This document shows positions 33,103 through 43,519 of a DNA stretch of 64,000 nucleotides, piece by piece (position 1 is the first letter of the stretch; every line of letters begins with the position of its first letter). The notes under the pieces were generated by a model that was not told where the DNA came from, did not search any database, and was given only the letters and a program-made list of their open reading frames with translations. Both the position numbers and the translations under genes were made by a program. The DNA is taken from positions 685,414-749,413 of the forward strand of contig JADJWH010000001.1 in assembly GCA_016716465.1 (NCBI GenBank), written 5' to 3'. The stretch is from Gammaproteobacteria bacterium (lineage in GTDB: Bacteria > Pseudomonadota > Gammaproteobacteria > SZUA-140).

Positions 33103-33160
33103 GGTGGTGGTTACCTGTTATATGATTGGGTAGTTTCTTCTGTATAGGCTTACTGTGCGT

Positions 33161-33294
33161 TCAGTGAGGCGTGAGGCGTTAGGTGTTAGGTGTGAGGAGG
33201 AAAAGCCAACAAAACTATTTAAAAAAGTACTTGCCAGGAAAAATGCAGCGATCATGCTCTTGTTGCCTCACGCCTCACGCCTCACGCCTCACGC
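33161..33294. repeat. Long inverted heptamer-array hairpin (GTGAGGC x4-5 ... GCCTCAC x4) around an AT-rich spacer
   Basis: agtgaggcgtgaggcgttaggtgttaggtgtgagg ... cctcacgcctcacgcctcacgcctcacgcc. Confidence 0.6.
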
Positions 33295-34185
33295 CTAGTC
33301 TCTGAACCTCCGCGTCAGATCTCCGTACGCATCGATGCGCCGATCGCGCAGATAGGGCCACATCCGCCGCACGGCCTCGCCGTGCGCGCGGTCGATCTCG
33401 ACGACCAGCACCTCGGGTTCGGCCGCGGCTTCGGCGAGGATCTCGCCCTGCGGTCCGCAGATGAAACTGTCGCCCCAGAATTCGATGCCCTTCGACTGGC
33501 CGGAGGGGTCGGGCTCGCGGCCGACGCGGTTGCAGGCGGCGACCGGGATGCCGTTGGCGATGGCATGGGCGCGCTGGATGGTGCGCCAGGCATCGCGCTG
33601 GCGTTCGCGTTCGGGCTGCTCGTCGCGCGGGTCCCAGCCGATGGCGGTGGGGTAGAGCAGGATCTCGGCGCCGGCCAGCGCCATCAGGCGCGCGGCCTCG
33701 GGATACCACTGGTCCCAGCACACCAGCACGCCGAGGCGTCCGGCTGAGGTGTCGATCGGCGTGAAGCCGAGGTCGCCCGGCGTGAAGTAGAATTTCTCGT
33801 AATAGCCGGGATCGTCCGGGATGTGCATCTTGCGATAGGTGCCGGCCAGCGACCCGTCGCGCTCGAAGACGACGGCGGTGTTGTGGTAGAGCCCGCTGGC
33901 GCGGCGCTCGAACACCGAGCCGACGATCACGATGCGCAGCTCGGCGGCGAGCGCGGCGAGCGCGCGGGAGGTCGGACCCGACGGGATCGGCTCGGCCAGG
34001 TCGAAGACGGCGGGATCCTCGGTCTGGCAGAAATACGGTCCGGCATGCAGTTCCTGCAGCAGGACCAGCCCGGCGCCGCGCGCCGCCGCCGCGCGGATGC
34101 CGGCCACGCTGCGCGCGAGGTTATCGTCGCGGTCGGCGCCGCAGGCCTGCTGTACCAGTCCGAGTTTGATCGCGGTCGTGCTCAT
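33295..34185 (-). CDS. aguB: N-carbamoylputrescine amidase (nitrilase superfamily)
   Basis: MSTTAIKLGLVQ...catalytic cysteine in VLVCWDQWYPE. Confidence 0.85.
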   Translation of the reverse strand: MSTTAIKLGLVQQACGADRDDNLARSVAGIRAAAARGAGLVLLQELHAGPYFCQTEDPAVFDLAEPIPSGPTSRALAALAAELRIVIVGSVFERRASGLYHNTAVVFERDGSLAGTYRKMHIPDDPGYYEKFYFTPGDLGFTPIDTSAGRLGVLVCWDQWYPEAARLMALAGAEILLYPTAIGWDPRDEQPERERQRDAWRTIQRAHAIANGIPVAACNRVGREPDPSGQSKGIEFWGDSFICGPQGEILAEAAAEPEVLVVEIDRAHGEAVRRMWPYLRDRRIDAYGDLTRRFRD

Positions 34186-34198
34186 TGGGCCGGGTTCG

Positions 34199-35275
34199 TT
34201 ACGGGATCGATGCCGGCATGCCTGGCAGCACCCCGGCGGGAATCTGCATGGTAGCACAGTGCAGGCTGCCGTTCTGCGAGATCAGCGGCAGGCATGGGAT
34301 ATCGATGATGGCGCGGCCCGGAAAGCAGGCGGCGATGCGGTCGAGGGCGATCCGGTCGGCGGGATCGCTGTACACCGGGACCAGCACCGCGCCGTTGATG
34401 ACGAGGAAATTGGCGTAGCTCGCCGCCAGGCGACGCCCGTCGCGATCCCGCTTGGGCTGCGGCAACGGCAGCGGCACCAGTGTGTAGGGCCGGCCGTCGG
34501 CATCACGCAGGGCCGCAAGTTCCGCCGCCATCGCCCGCAGCGCGGGATGATGTTCGTCAGCCGCATCCTCGCAGGAGGCATAGGCGATAGTACGCTCGTC
34601 ACAGAAGCGCGCCAGTTGATCGACATGGCTGTCGGTGTCGTCGCCGGCCAGCCAGCCGTGCTCCAGCCACAGCACGCGGGCGATGCCGAGTTCGGCATGG
34701 AGAAATTCCTCGATTCGCGCGCGTGACCACCCGGGATTGCGCGTGGGCGCGAGCAGGCACTGGGTGGTGGTGAGCAAGGTACCCCGGCCGTCGCAGTCGA
34801 AGCTGCCGCCCTCCAGCACGAAGTCGGAACGGCGCAGCGGCGTGTCGCCGAAGGCGCCCTGGGCGTGCAGGCGGCGCGTGATTTCGTTGTCGTTGCCGGC
34901 CTCGAACTTGCCGCCCCAGCCGTTGAAGGTGAAGTCGCACAGTATCGGCCGGCCGTCCTCGATGAGGGTGATCGGTCCGTGGTCGCGCACCCAGACATCG
35001 TTCGACGGGGCGGTGAAGAACTGCGTGGCATCCATGTGCGCGCGGGCGCGCTCGAGCATTCCGGCGATGTGGTCCCGGTGCCCCTCGTCCTGGCAGGTGA
35101 TGATGAGCTGCTGATGGCGACTGATCGCGGAAGCGATGGCGGCGAACACCGGTTCTACGCCCGGCAGCTCGTCCCGCCAGTCGCTGTCCGCGCGCGGCCA
35201 GGTGAGCATGACCGCATCCTGGGGCTCCCATTCTGCCGGCAGGCGGCGCGGGCATGCGGGAATCGAAGGGGACAT
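34199..35275 (-). CDS. aguA: Agmatine deiminase
   Basis: PAEWEPQDAVMLTWP...SLHCATMQIPAG. Confidence 0.85.
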   Translation of the reverse strand: MSPSIPACPRRLPAEWEPQDAVMLTWPRADSDWRDELPGVEPVFAAIASAISRHQQLIITCQDEGHRDHIAGMLERARAHMDATQFFTAPSNDVWVRDHGPITLIEDGRPILCDFTFNGWGGKFEAGNDNEITRRLHAQGAFGDTPLRRSDFVLEGGSFDCDGRGTLLTTTQCLLAPTRNPGWSRARIEEFLHAELGIARVLWLEHGWLAGDDTDSHVDQLARFCDERTIAYASCEDAADEHHPALRAMAAELAALRDADGRPYTLVPLPLPQPKRDRDGRRLAASYANFLVINGAVLVPVYSDPADRIALDRIAACFPGRAIIDIPCLPLISQNGSLHCATMQIPAGVLPGMPASIP

Positions 35276-35350
35276 CGTATGGCCTCATCTGCGGCATTGG
35301 AGGAAGCCGCATATGATGCCATCAAATTCCCGGCCGTGGTATGGGCCGGC

Positions 35351-35638
35351 TCAGGGGGTTGCGGGGCTGGACACGCCGGTGACGCTGTGGATGACGTACT
35401 GACGTTCGAAATACACGGTAAAGTCCGGGTAGATCCAGCGCGTGATCGGGGGATTGCCGACCGCGGGCAGGATCTTGTCGGGTTTGCCGAAGGCCTGTTC
35501 GACCGTGCCCATGGTGGTGGCGCGGGCGGGCGCTGGCGCGGCGACGGGATCCGTGGCGGGCGCCGCCCGGGCCGCGGTCGCCGTCAGCAGCAATGCCGTG
35601 GCGAGCGCGATGGACATGTGACGGGCGGGAAGTTTCAT
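35351..35638 (-). CDS. Small secreted hypothetical protein
   Basis: Signal peptide MSIALATALLLTATAARA; 95 aa. Confidence 0.4.
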   Translation of the reverse strand: MKLPARHMSIALATALLLTATAARAAPATDPVAAPAPARATTMGTVEQAFGKPDKILPAVGNPPITRWIYPDFTVYFERQYVIHSVTGVSSPATP

Positions 35639-35728
35639 GGCTGGTCGCTTCCAGTGTGTAACGGGCTCACAGGGAAGCGGCGGCGGGAGAAAAGTCTTTA
35701 AGGGTTCGGTACGGGGACCTGAACCCCG

Positions 35729-36679
35729 TCACAGATTTCGCGTGGACTCAAGCGAATCTGAATGCTTGACGCAGTTGCGACCAGCCGCCTTGGCGGCGTA
35801 GAGCGCGCTGTCGGCCTTCTCAAACAGACTCTCGCTGTTGTCGCCCTTGCTGTAGCAGGACACGCCGAGGCTGACCGTGACGGGAATCCTGTGATCGCCA
35901 TAGATGAGCTCATTGGTTTCGACCGCGGTGCGGATGCGCTCGGCGAGGCGCATCGCGCCCTGCTTGTTGGTATTGCTGAGCAGAATCAGGAATTCCTCGC
36001 CGCCGCAGCGAAACAGGATATCGGTGCGACGCGTGCAATCGGTGAAGATTTCCGCCACGGCCTTGAGGACGTAATCTCCTGCGAGGTGGCCGTGGCTGTC
36101 ATTGATCTGCTTGAAGTGATCGAGGTCCGCCGCGATGAGCGACAGTGCATTGCCGTGCCGCCGGGCAAGCTCCGTTTCGCGGATCAGGGCGCTGTTCATG
36201 GCGCTGCGGTTGTTGATACCGGTCAGCGGGTCGGTCAGCGCCGCGGTCAGCGCGTGCCGGTACATGATGGCGTTGCGCAGCGGATAGACCAGGCAGCACA
36301 GCAGGTGTTCGAGCAGATGGGTCTCGTTGGCGCTGAACTTCTTTCGGCGCGTGAAGACGAGCTGGCCGAGCGTCTGTGCCGCCACCACCAGCTGGTAGGA
36401 GCAGGAGTGCTTTTCCGGTTTGCCGTTCGCAACCGCGATCTGCAGCGGCTGGTACTCATAGCTCACGCTGTCGTGGGGGACCAGGCCGTGGATCTGCTGG
36501 GAAAAGACTTGGATCAGTTGGTCGAACTCGAGCGTGGTCTGCAGCATGCCGGCGATCTGCAGGGCCTTCGCGGTTCCTTCGGGCAGGCCGGTGTCAGTCT
36601 CGATGGCGCTGGACATCAGGGCCAGGTTGCCTAACTCGTAGGCCGGCTCGCTGCCTTTCTGTTTTTTCGTTTGCGGCAT
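35729..36679 (-). CDS. GGDEF-domain diguanylate cyclase with an N-terminal sensory (GAF-like) domain
   Basis: RHGNALSLIAADLDHFKQIND...RCGGEEFLILL (GGEEF active site). Confidence 0.85.
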   Translation of the reverse strand: MPQTKKQKGSEPAYELGNLALMSSAIETDTGLPEGTAKALQIAGMLQTTLEFDQLIQVFSQQIHGLVPHDSVSYEYQPLQIAVANGKPEKHSCSYQLVVAAQTLGQLVFTRRKKFSANETHLLEHLLCCLVYPLRNAIMYRHALTAALTDPLTGINNRSAMNSALIRETELARRHGNALSLIAADLDHFKQINDSHGHLAGDYVLKAVAEIFTDCTRRTDILFRCGGEEFLILLSNTNKQGAMRLAERIRTAVETNELIYGDHRIPVTVSLGVSCYSKGDNSESLFEKADSALYAAKAAGRNCVKHSDSLESTRNL

Positions 36680-37061
36680 AGCTTGAGCGCTTCCCCAGTG
36701 CCCGCCATGAATCCTGCCCCAGAAAACAGCAACTTCCGTGCCACAGGCAGCCCGGATGAATTCTTTCTTGAATTTTAAAATGTTAGAGCAGGAGCTTTGT
36801 CATTCTTAACATACTCTTCCGGCGAAGAAAATAGGCCCGCGGTGAGTGGCCGCCAACAATACGGCGCGCGGGCGCGGGTCTTCCTCATCAGACGTCTACA
36901 AAGATGCCAATAATTTGTTGATTTGAAAATCGAGTTTTTCCCGTATGCATGAGCGCTACCGTGAGGCGGGCTTTGCCGGGCTTGCCGATAGACGCATCCG
37001 TGCGCATGATGGGACGGTCCACGGAATGTCAACGTCGCCATCGGCGCCAGGGAAGGTGCGC

Positions 37062-38807
37062 ATGGAAAAGACTCTGCTTCATTCAACGGAGGAATTGTTG
37101 CGGCTGGTGGAGGAGCGCAGTCCGCCGCCCGACCGGCCGCTCGGGCGCATCCTGCTCGAATCCCGTCTGATCGAGCCGGCGCAATTGGAACTGGCCCTGG
37201 CCCGGCAGCGCCGGGAGCGCAGCAAACACCTCGGGCGCATCCTGATCGAAAGCGGCCTGCTGAGCGCGGGACAGATCCATGAAGCGCTCGCCGCCAAGTT
37301 CGGCATCCCCTGCGTCACACTGGAACACCTGCCACTGGATGCCGCCGTGCTGGCGCGACTGCCGGCCGAATTCGCCGCCCAGCACACGGTGCTGCCCCTC
37401 GCCGAGTGCGGTGAACGGCTGATTGTCGCGCTGGAGAACCCGCTCGACGCCGCCATACTGGAGCTGATCCGCTTCAACACCGGCGCCAGCGTGGTCCCGG
37501 TGCTGGCCTCGGCGCAGGATATCGCGCTCGCCCACAATCGCTGCTATGCGCAGGCTGATGAAGACGAGGCGCTGGAGGTGGTGCGCCCGGAAACGCCGCG
37601 CAACGGCGAGGTCACGGAGACGCCCGAGGATCCGGTCGCGCGCGAGGCGACGCGCAAACCCATCGTCCGTCTGCTGAACGCAATTCTTGCGCAGGGCATT
37701 ATGCGGCGCGCCTCCGACATCAATATTCGGCCGGATCGCGAGCGCGTCGGTGTCTATTACCGGGTCGACGGCGCCCTGCAGTTCTCCCGCTCGCTGCACA
37801 AATCGCTGCTGCCCGCGCTGGTGAGCCGGCTCAAGATCATCGGCCACATGAATATCGCGGAACGCCGCCTGCCGCAGGAGGGCAATACCCGGTTGCAGCG
37901 CGGCGGACGCGATATCGATCTGCGCATCTCGGTGATTCCGACCGTAAACGGGGAGAGCGTCGTGATCCGCATCCTCGACAAGGAGGTCGGCCTCAAGCCG
38001 TTCACCGGACTCGGCCTGCCACAGCACGAGGCGGGTGAGATGTTGCGCATCCTGCAGCGTCCGCACGGACTCCTGCTGGTCACCGGACCGACCGGCTCGG
38101 GAAAATCGACCACGCTCTACGCGCTGCTGAACGAGATCCGCGCCACCGGCGCCCATATCCTGAGCGTGGAGGATCCGGTGGAATACGGCATGGAGGATGT
38201 CGAGCAGGTGCAGATCGCGGAAAAGATCGGCCTCGGATTCGCCCAGGTGCTGCGCCGTTTCCTGCGCCACGATCCGGATGTGATCATGGTCGGGGAGATC
38301 CGCGACGGCGAGACCGCCGCCATCGCCTGCCAGGCCGCGCTCACCGGCCACCTGGTCATGAGCACGCTGCACACCAACAGTGCTCCCGATACCGTCGCGC
38401 GACTGATCGACATGGGCGTCGAGCCGTACATCCTGGCCTCGATCCTGCTCGGGGTGATGTCCCAGCGGCTGATCCGCCTGAATTGTCCGCAGTGCAGCCG
38501 GCAGGATACGGCCAGTGTCGCGACGCGATATGCGAAGACCGGCGCGGGAGAAGGAGGGACCGGATTCCGCCGCGGCGCCGGTTGTGCCGGCTGCAATCTC
38601 ACCGGCTACCGCGGCCGCGGGCTGATCTGCGAGGTGCTGCCGGTCACGCCTGAGGTCGCATCCCTGATCAGCGCCGGCGCTCCGGCCGCTGCGCTGGCCA
38701 AACTTGCCCGGGAACAGGGCATGACCTCGCTGCTGGACCAGGCGCTGCAGCTGGCCCGGGAGGGCAGGACCTCGCTGGAAGAGGCGCTGGCGGTCGCCGG
38801 CGCCTGA
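37062..38807 (+). CDS. Orphan GspE/PilB-family secretion ATPase with two N-terminal MshEN-type c-di-GMP-binding motifs
   Basis: Tandem RLGxxLLxxxLIxxxQLxxALxxQ-like motifs: PLGRILLESRLIEPAQLELALARQ and HLGRILIESGLLSAGQIHEALAAKFG. Walker A GPTGSGKST, a tetracysteine CPQC...CAGC, and Walker B/His boxes. Confidence 0.8.
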   Translation: MEKTLLHSTEELLRLVEERSPPPDRPLGRILLESRLIEPAQLELALARQRRERSKHLGRILIESGLLSAGQIHEALAAKFGIPCVTLEHLPLDAAVLARLPAEFAAQHTVLPLAECGERLIVALENPLDAAILELIRFNTGASVVPVLASAQDIALAHNRCYAQADEDEALEVVRPETPRNGEVTETPEDPVAREATRKPIVRLLNAILAQGIMRRASDINIRPDRERVGVYYRVDGALQFSRSLHKSLLPALVSRLKIIGHMNIAERRLPQEGNTRLQRGGRDIDLRISVIPTVNGESVVIRILDKEVGLKPFTGLGLPQHEAGEMLRILQRPHGLLLVTGPTGSGKSTTLYALLNEIRATGAHILSVEDPVEYGMEDVEQVQIAEKIGLGFAQVLRRFLRHDPDVIMVGEIRDGETAAIACQAALTGHLVMSTLHTNSAPDTVARLIDMGVEPYILASILLGVMSQRLIRLNCPQCSRQDTASVATRYAKTGAGEGGTGFRRGAGCAGCNLTGYRGRGLICEVLPVTPEVASLISAGAPAAALAKLAREQGMTSLLDQALQLAREGRTSLEEALAVAGA

Positions 38808-38886
38808 GGCATGGAGGAGGAACGAGGCCTTAGCGCTTATAATGGGGTCATTGCACCCGGACTGTGCCTTGACCAGGAGTTTCTTC

Positions 38887-40035
38887 ATGCCGCGCCTGTC
38901 CCATCATAACTGGATCGTTCCGCTGGTCTTCGGATTTACCCTGGCCGGCTGCGGGACCGGCAGCGGCGGAGGCGGCAGCGCGACCACGGCGACCGGTGTC
39001 CTCAAGGACGCCAATGTCGCCGGCCTGAGCTATCGGTCGGGACAGGAGGAAGGTGAGACCGGCGCGGACGGGAGTTTCACCTACGAAGTGGGAAACGATG
39101 TCACGTTTTCCATCGGCGATCTGGTGGTGGGCACCGCCCCCGGGCAACCCGTGATCACGCCGCTGGATTTCGTTCCGGCCAGCGGAGTCAATACGACCGC
39201 GGTGCAGAACATCGTCCGCTTTCTGCTGTGGCTGGACACGGACGCGATTCCTTCGAATGGCATCGAGATCAGCCAGGCGTTGCGTGAGCACGCGGAGGCC
39301 ACGCCGTCGATCTGGAAGCCGATCGCTTTCAATGTCAGCGAAGATTTCAATCGGAACTGGACCTGCTCTTCACGCTCGCTGCCGACGGCACTCGATGCAC
39401 GGGATCATCTGACAAATACCCTGTTATGCCTGCGGTCGGGGGCCTTCCGCGGGACGCTGGCGGGCGGCGATACAGGCAATCTCGGGCTGATGGTCGACGC
39501 GCAAACGAACGAGTTGCGCGGTTTCGTCGCCCGTAACGGCAGCCCGGCCATGCTCGAACTGGAGGGAAGTTCCGCCGTCAGCCTGGATCAACAGGCCTTT
39601 TTCATCAGCACGGCCACGCCCGCCGGTACGACTTTCATGGGGCGGCTGACTGATCCGGATACCGCCACCGGCTCCTGGACGATTCCGCTCGCGCAGCCGC
39701 TCAACGGGACCTTCCAGGGCGAGCGAATCGGAGGCCAGGGCAATGCCCGTTATCGTTTCACCGCCACCTACAAGAACGGCACTAACGACCTGGCCGGACT
39801 GTATACCTTCGATATCGATGCGGCCAGCGGCGTGACCGGCGTTGCCTACGGCGTCGATTCCGATGAGTCGACGACCCTGTCGGGGGTCTACGACAGTCAA
39901 TTTCAGACACTCATTGCCGTCACCCCGGGTCAGCTTGTCAGGGTTGACGCCGCTGTGGACCTGACCGCGGGCACCCTGAACGGCAGCGATAGCCTGGGAA
40001 ACACCGTCACCGGCAGCGGCTGCCGCCTGAACTAG
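38887..40035 (+). CDS. Hypothetical lipoprotein (lipobox LAGC)
   Basis: MPRLSHHNWIVPLVFGFTLAGCGTGSGGGGS; Thr/Gly/Ser-rich body. Confidence 0.6.
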   Translation: MPRLSHHNWIVPLVFGFTLAGCGTGSGGGGSATTATGVLKDANVAGLSYRSGQEEGETGADGSFTYEVGNDVTFSIGDLVVGTAPGQPVITPLDFVPASGVNTTAVQNIVRFLLWLDTDAIPSNGIEISQALREHAEATPSIWKPIAFNVSEDFNRNWTCSSRSLPTALDARDHLTNTLLCLRSGAFRGTLAGGDTGNLGLMVDAQTNELRGFVARNGSPAMLELEGSSAVSLDQQAFFISTATPAGTTFMGRLTDPDTATGSWTIPLAQPLNGTFQGERIGGQGNARYRFTATYKNGTNDLAGLYTFDIDAASGVTGVAYGVDSDESTTLSGVYDSQFQTLIAVTPGQLVRVDAAVDLTAGTLNGSDSLGNTVTGSGCRLN

Positions 40036-40238
40036 CGAAGCCCGTCCAGCATCACTGAATCCCATCGGCACGGGGATGACCTCCGCGCTCTGCCGTAACC
40101 GACTCCGGCTGGATTCAGGGGCATTCGTCCGTGTGAAAAATATTTTTTCCGCCTCCTTGACTCCCCCCTGCGTCCGGTTTGATCCTAATACCGGTTTTCG
40201 GGGTGCGGCCGGAGCCCGCATAACACGGAACGCGACGA

Positions 40239-40769
40239 TTGATACGATTGATGATGGGCACATCGCAAGAATCCGACATCAGGATCAGGTCGGCGACGCG
40301 GCAGGATGCGCGGGCGCTCGCGCAGATCGAGCAACGTTGCTTCGACCCGGCGATTTACGGCCACATCCTGCTCAGTGAGAGCGAGTTTCACCACATGATC
40401 GGTCGCGCGCGCGCGCAGGTGATCGTGGCCGAAACGGCCGGACGTGTGATCGGCTACGCCGCGGTATTTTATCTGCGCGCAAAACGCCTGACATGGTTCT
40501 ATTCGCACGCCGTCGAGCGCGAATACCGCGGCCTCGGGGTCGGCACGCGCCTGTTTCAGGGCGTCGAGGCGCTGGCGGTCGCCAACGAGTGTCCCTGCAT
40601 GATTCTGGAGATCCGCGGGAAACGGGAACTGTACGAACGTTACCTGCGTTACGGTTACCAGGTGATTCGCGAGATCCCGAGGTTCTATCCCGACGGCAGC
40701 GCCGCGACCCGCATGGGCAGGCTGATCGCGGAAAACGCATCTGCTTCGCCGCGGAGAATCCTTGTCTAA
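40239..40769 (+). CDS. GNAT-family N-acetyltransferase
   Basis: RQDARALAQIEQRCF...YRGLGVGTRLFQG. Confidence 0.7.
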   Translation: MIRLMMGTSQESDIRIRSATRQDARALAQIEQRCFDPAIYGHILLSESEFHHMIGRARAQVIVAETAGRVIGYAAVFYLRAKRLTWFYSHAVEREYRGLGVGTRLFQGVEALAVANECPCMILEIRGKRELYERYLRYGYQVIREIPRFYPDGSAATRMGRLIAENASASPRRILV

Positions 40770-40781
40770 GACTAGGATCGT

Positions 40782-41099
40782 CTACTCGGAGTGCTCCAGC
40801 ATGTACTCAAGCGCGGAACGCAATTCGTCGTCGCTGCAAGCGGCGCAGCCGCCGCGCGCCGGCATACGGTTGAGACCGCTCAGGGTGCTATCCAGCAATG
40901 CGTCCTTGCCCCTGGCGATGCGGGGTGCCCACGCGTCCCGATCGCCAAGGCGGGGGGCGTTCATCATTCCCGGACCATGACACATCTTGCAGGCCTTGCT
41001 GTAAATATCTGCGCCGATCTCTGAAGACCCGGCAGGCTGCGCCGCGGCGGCGGTGGCGAAGATGCCAGACAGCAGGATGCATAGAGTAGATCGTTTCAT
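40782..41099 (-). CDS. Cytochrome c5-type monohaem cytochrome
   Basis: Signal peptide and CKMCHG haem-binding motif. Confidence 0.8.
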   Translation of the reverse strand: MKRSTLCILLSGIFATAAAAQPAGSSEIGADIYSKACKMCHGPGMMNAPRLGDRDAWAPRIARGKDALLDSTLSGLNRMPARGGCAACSDDELRSALEYMLEHSE

Positions 41100-41165
41100 G
41101 GCCGGCTCCTGTGGTTCATCGTCTGATGATTGCTGTTCGCATGGATCTGCTCCTGCGAGCGCTCC

Positions 41166-42488
41166 TTACGCGGGTTGCGCCGATTGTGCCATGATCCGGC
41201 GTGCGCATTCCAACCCGCTGCGCACCGCGCCCTCCAGCGTCGAGGGATAACCCGTCGCGACCGCATCGCCGGCCAGCCAGCAGGCTTCCAGCGGCGTATC
41301 CACCCCGGGGCGCAGGGCATTGATGCCCTGGCGGCTGAGGAACGTCGCGCGTTTCTCGCACAAGGTGAAGATTTCATCCGGTGCGGGCCAGTGCGGGAAA
41401 CAGGCCGCGAACTCGGCGGCGACGCGCTGCTGCAGGACGCCGCGTTCCAGGTCCATGTGTTCTCCCGGACCGCTGATGACCGCCGCGATCAGTCCGGGTT
41501 CCCCGCTCGCCCCCAGGTCGAATGCCCATTGGGCAAGCATGCCGTGCAGGCCGACCATAGGACAGTCGAGCCGGACCGCGGCGGGATAATGCAGGTACAC
41601 GGTACAGATCGGCGAATATTCGAATGCCGCGAGGCGTCGCGCCAGCACCTGCATGGGGGCGCAGTCATTGATGAGGTGCAGGCAGGCCGACGGCGGCAGG
41701 GCCAGGATGACGTGATCGGCCTCCAGGCGCGTGCCGTCGGCCAGCACGACGCCGGTGATCCTGCCGCGCGAGACCTCGAGCCCGGTGGCGCGACGGTTGA
41801 GCAGGACGCGGCCGCCGCGCCCGGCGATGAATTTCCGCGCCGGTTCCGGAAAGGTGTCGGCCAGGCCGCGGCGCGGCAGCAGCAGGTCACTGTCGCGGCG
41901 GTCATAGGCGAAGGCGTCGCGCAACACACGCAGGAACACTTCTGCCGAGGCCTCGTGCAGCGGCGTATTGAGCGCCGCGAGGCAGATCGGCTCCCACAGT
42001 CGCGCGACCGCTTGCGGCGACTGTCCGTGACGGTACATCAGTTCCTGCACGGAATAGTCTTCGCGCAGATCCCTCGAACGCGCGGCGGCGAGACAGAATC
42101 TCAGCGCGCCCCATTTGTCCGCCCGGCTCAATCCCTCGGCGCCGTACAGCCCGCCGAGCAGATGGAATGGCGCCGGCAGGGCGGCGAGCCTGAGGCGCAA
42201 TGAGCGGGAAGGCGAGGTGGACAGCGAGCGCAGTTCGAACGGGCGGCGATCGAACACGGCATCCTCCGGGACGCCCATCGCGGCGAGCAGGCCGAGGATG
42301 CCGTGATAGGCCCCGATCACCAGGTGCTGCCCGCTGTCATACTCGCGTCCGCGGTGCCGGATGCGGGCGGCGCGGCCGCCGAGGCGTCCCGCGGCCTCGA
42401 TCAGCGTGACCTCGGTCTGGTGCCGGCACAGTTCCACGGCGGCGGCAAGGCCGGACCACCCGCCCCCGACGATGAGCACGCGGGTCAT
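41166..42488 (-). CDS. hpnE: Hydroxysqualene dehydroxylase (FAD-dependent amine-oxidase family)
   Basis: MTRVLIVGGGWSGLAAAVEL; positioned with hpnC/hpnD. Confidence 0.7.
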   Translation of the reverse strand: MTRVLIVGGGWSGLAAAVELCRHQTEVTLIEAAGRLGGRAARIRHRGREYDSGQHLVIGAYHGILGLLAAMGVPEDAVFDRRPFELRSLSTSPSRSLRLRLAALPAPFHLLGGLYGAEGLSRADKWGALRFCLAAARSRDLREDYSVQELMYRHGQSPQAVARLWEPICLAALNTPLHEASAEVFLRVLRDAFAYDRRDSDLLLPRRGLADTFPEPARKFIAGRGGRVLLNRRATGLEVSRGRITGVVLADGTRLEADHVILALPPSACLHLINDCAPMQVLARRLAAFEYSPICTVYLHYPAAVRLDCPMVGLHGMLAQWAFDLGASGEPGLIAAVISGPGEHMDLERGVLQQRVAAEFAACFPHWPAPDEIFTLCEKRATFLSRQGINALRPGVDTPLEACWLAGDAVATGYPSTLEGAVRSGLECARRIMAQSAQPA

Positions 42489-42489
42489 G

Positions 42490-43362
42490 TCAGTCGGCGG
42501 TTTCCGCCAACCGTTTTTTCTGTTGCCGCTTTTCCTGTTGCACGGTCTTCCAGGCCAGCCACAGCTTGCGCACGGGGGTGAGGCTGATGCGGTGCTCGAG
42601 GACCTTGTAATCGTCGGCGGCGATCTCCTTCAGCGTCTCGAGATAGATCGCGGCCATGGCCAGGCCGCCGCGCTGGGCATGGCGATCCGCGGCGGGGAGC
42701 AGCTCGAAGGCCTTGCGGTAATAGGAGCGGGCGCGGTCGGCCTGGAAGCGCAGCAGGGCGCGGATCCGATCGGTGGTCTGGTTTCCCATGATTTCATTGA
42801 GACCCACCCCGAAGCGGCGCAGCTCCTCGAGCGGGATATAGACCCGGCCGCGCAGGCTGTCCTCGCGCACATCGCGCAGGATGTTGGTGAGCTGAAACGC
42901 GGTGCCGAGATTGTGGGCGTATTTCAGGGTCGCACGGTCGGTATAACCGAAGATCTCCGCCGACATCAGGCCGACCATGCTGGCGACACGGTGGCAATAC
43001 AGCGAGAGATCCTTGAAGCTCTCGTAGGTATCGTGGTCGAGGTCCATCTCCATGCCGTCGATGACCTCCAGGAAATGCTCGGCCGGCAGGTTGAAGCGCT
43101 GGATCGGGATGGCGAGGGCGCGCGTGACCGGGTGTTGCGGCGAGCCCGCGAACAGGCGCCCGATCTCCTCGCGCCACCAGGCCAGCTTGGCGCGCGCCAC
43201 CGCCGGGTCGAGGTTCGCGTCGACCACATCGTCCACCTCGCGGCAGAAGGCGTACAGGGCGATGATCGCGCGCCGCTGATCCGGTGGCAGGAACAGGAAG
43301 CCGTAGTAAAAACTCGAGCCGCTGCGCGCGGCCTTCTGCTGACAATACTGATCCGGGGTCAT
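42490..43362 (-). CDS. hpnD: Presqualene diphosphate synthase (squalene/phytoene synthase family)
   Basis: YCQQKAARSGSSFYYGFLFLP...Asp-rich motifs. Confidence 0.75.
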   Translation of the reverse strand: MTPDQYCQQKAARSGSSFYYGFLFLPPDQRRAIIALYAFCREVDDVVDANLDPAVARAKLAWWREEIGRLFAGSPQHPVTRALAIPIQRFNLPAEHFLEVIDGMEMDLDHDTYESFKDLSLYCHRVASMVGLMSAEIFGYTDRATLKYAHNLGTAFQLTNILRDVREDSLRGRVYIPLEELRRFGVGLNEIMGNQTTDRIRALLRFQADRARSYYRKAFELLPAADRHAQRGGLAMAAIYLETLKEIAADDYKVLEHRISLTPVRKLWLAWKTVQQEKRQQKKRLAETAD

Positions 43363-43442
43363 GCCGGAAAAGATACAGGAAAACCCGCTGAAAACACAGG
43401 ACCGAGGGATGAACAAAATGCCGCCCGAATACAGGCGCGGAG

Positions 43443-43502
43443 CGCCGGAATCCGGGGGCCGTGGACCTGATCCCGGATTTCGCTGCGCTGCATCCGGGCT
43501 AC
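43443..43502. repeat. Inverted pair of CCCGGATT...ATCCGGGCTAC hairpin repeats
   Basis: cgccggaatccggggg ... tcccggatttcgctgcgctgcatccgggctac. Confidence 0.45.
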
Positions 43503-43519
43503 GATTGCGACATGTTTTT

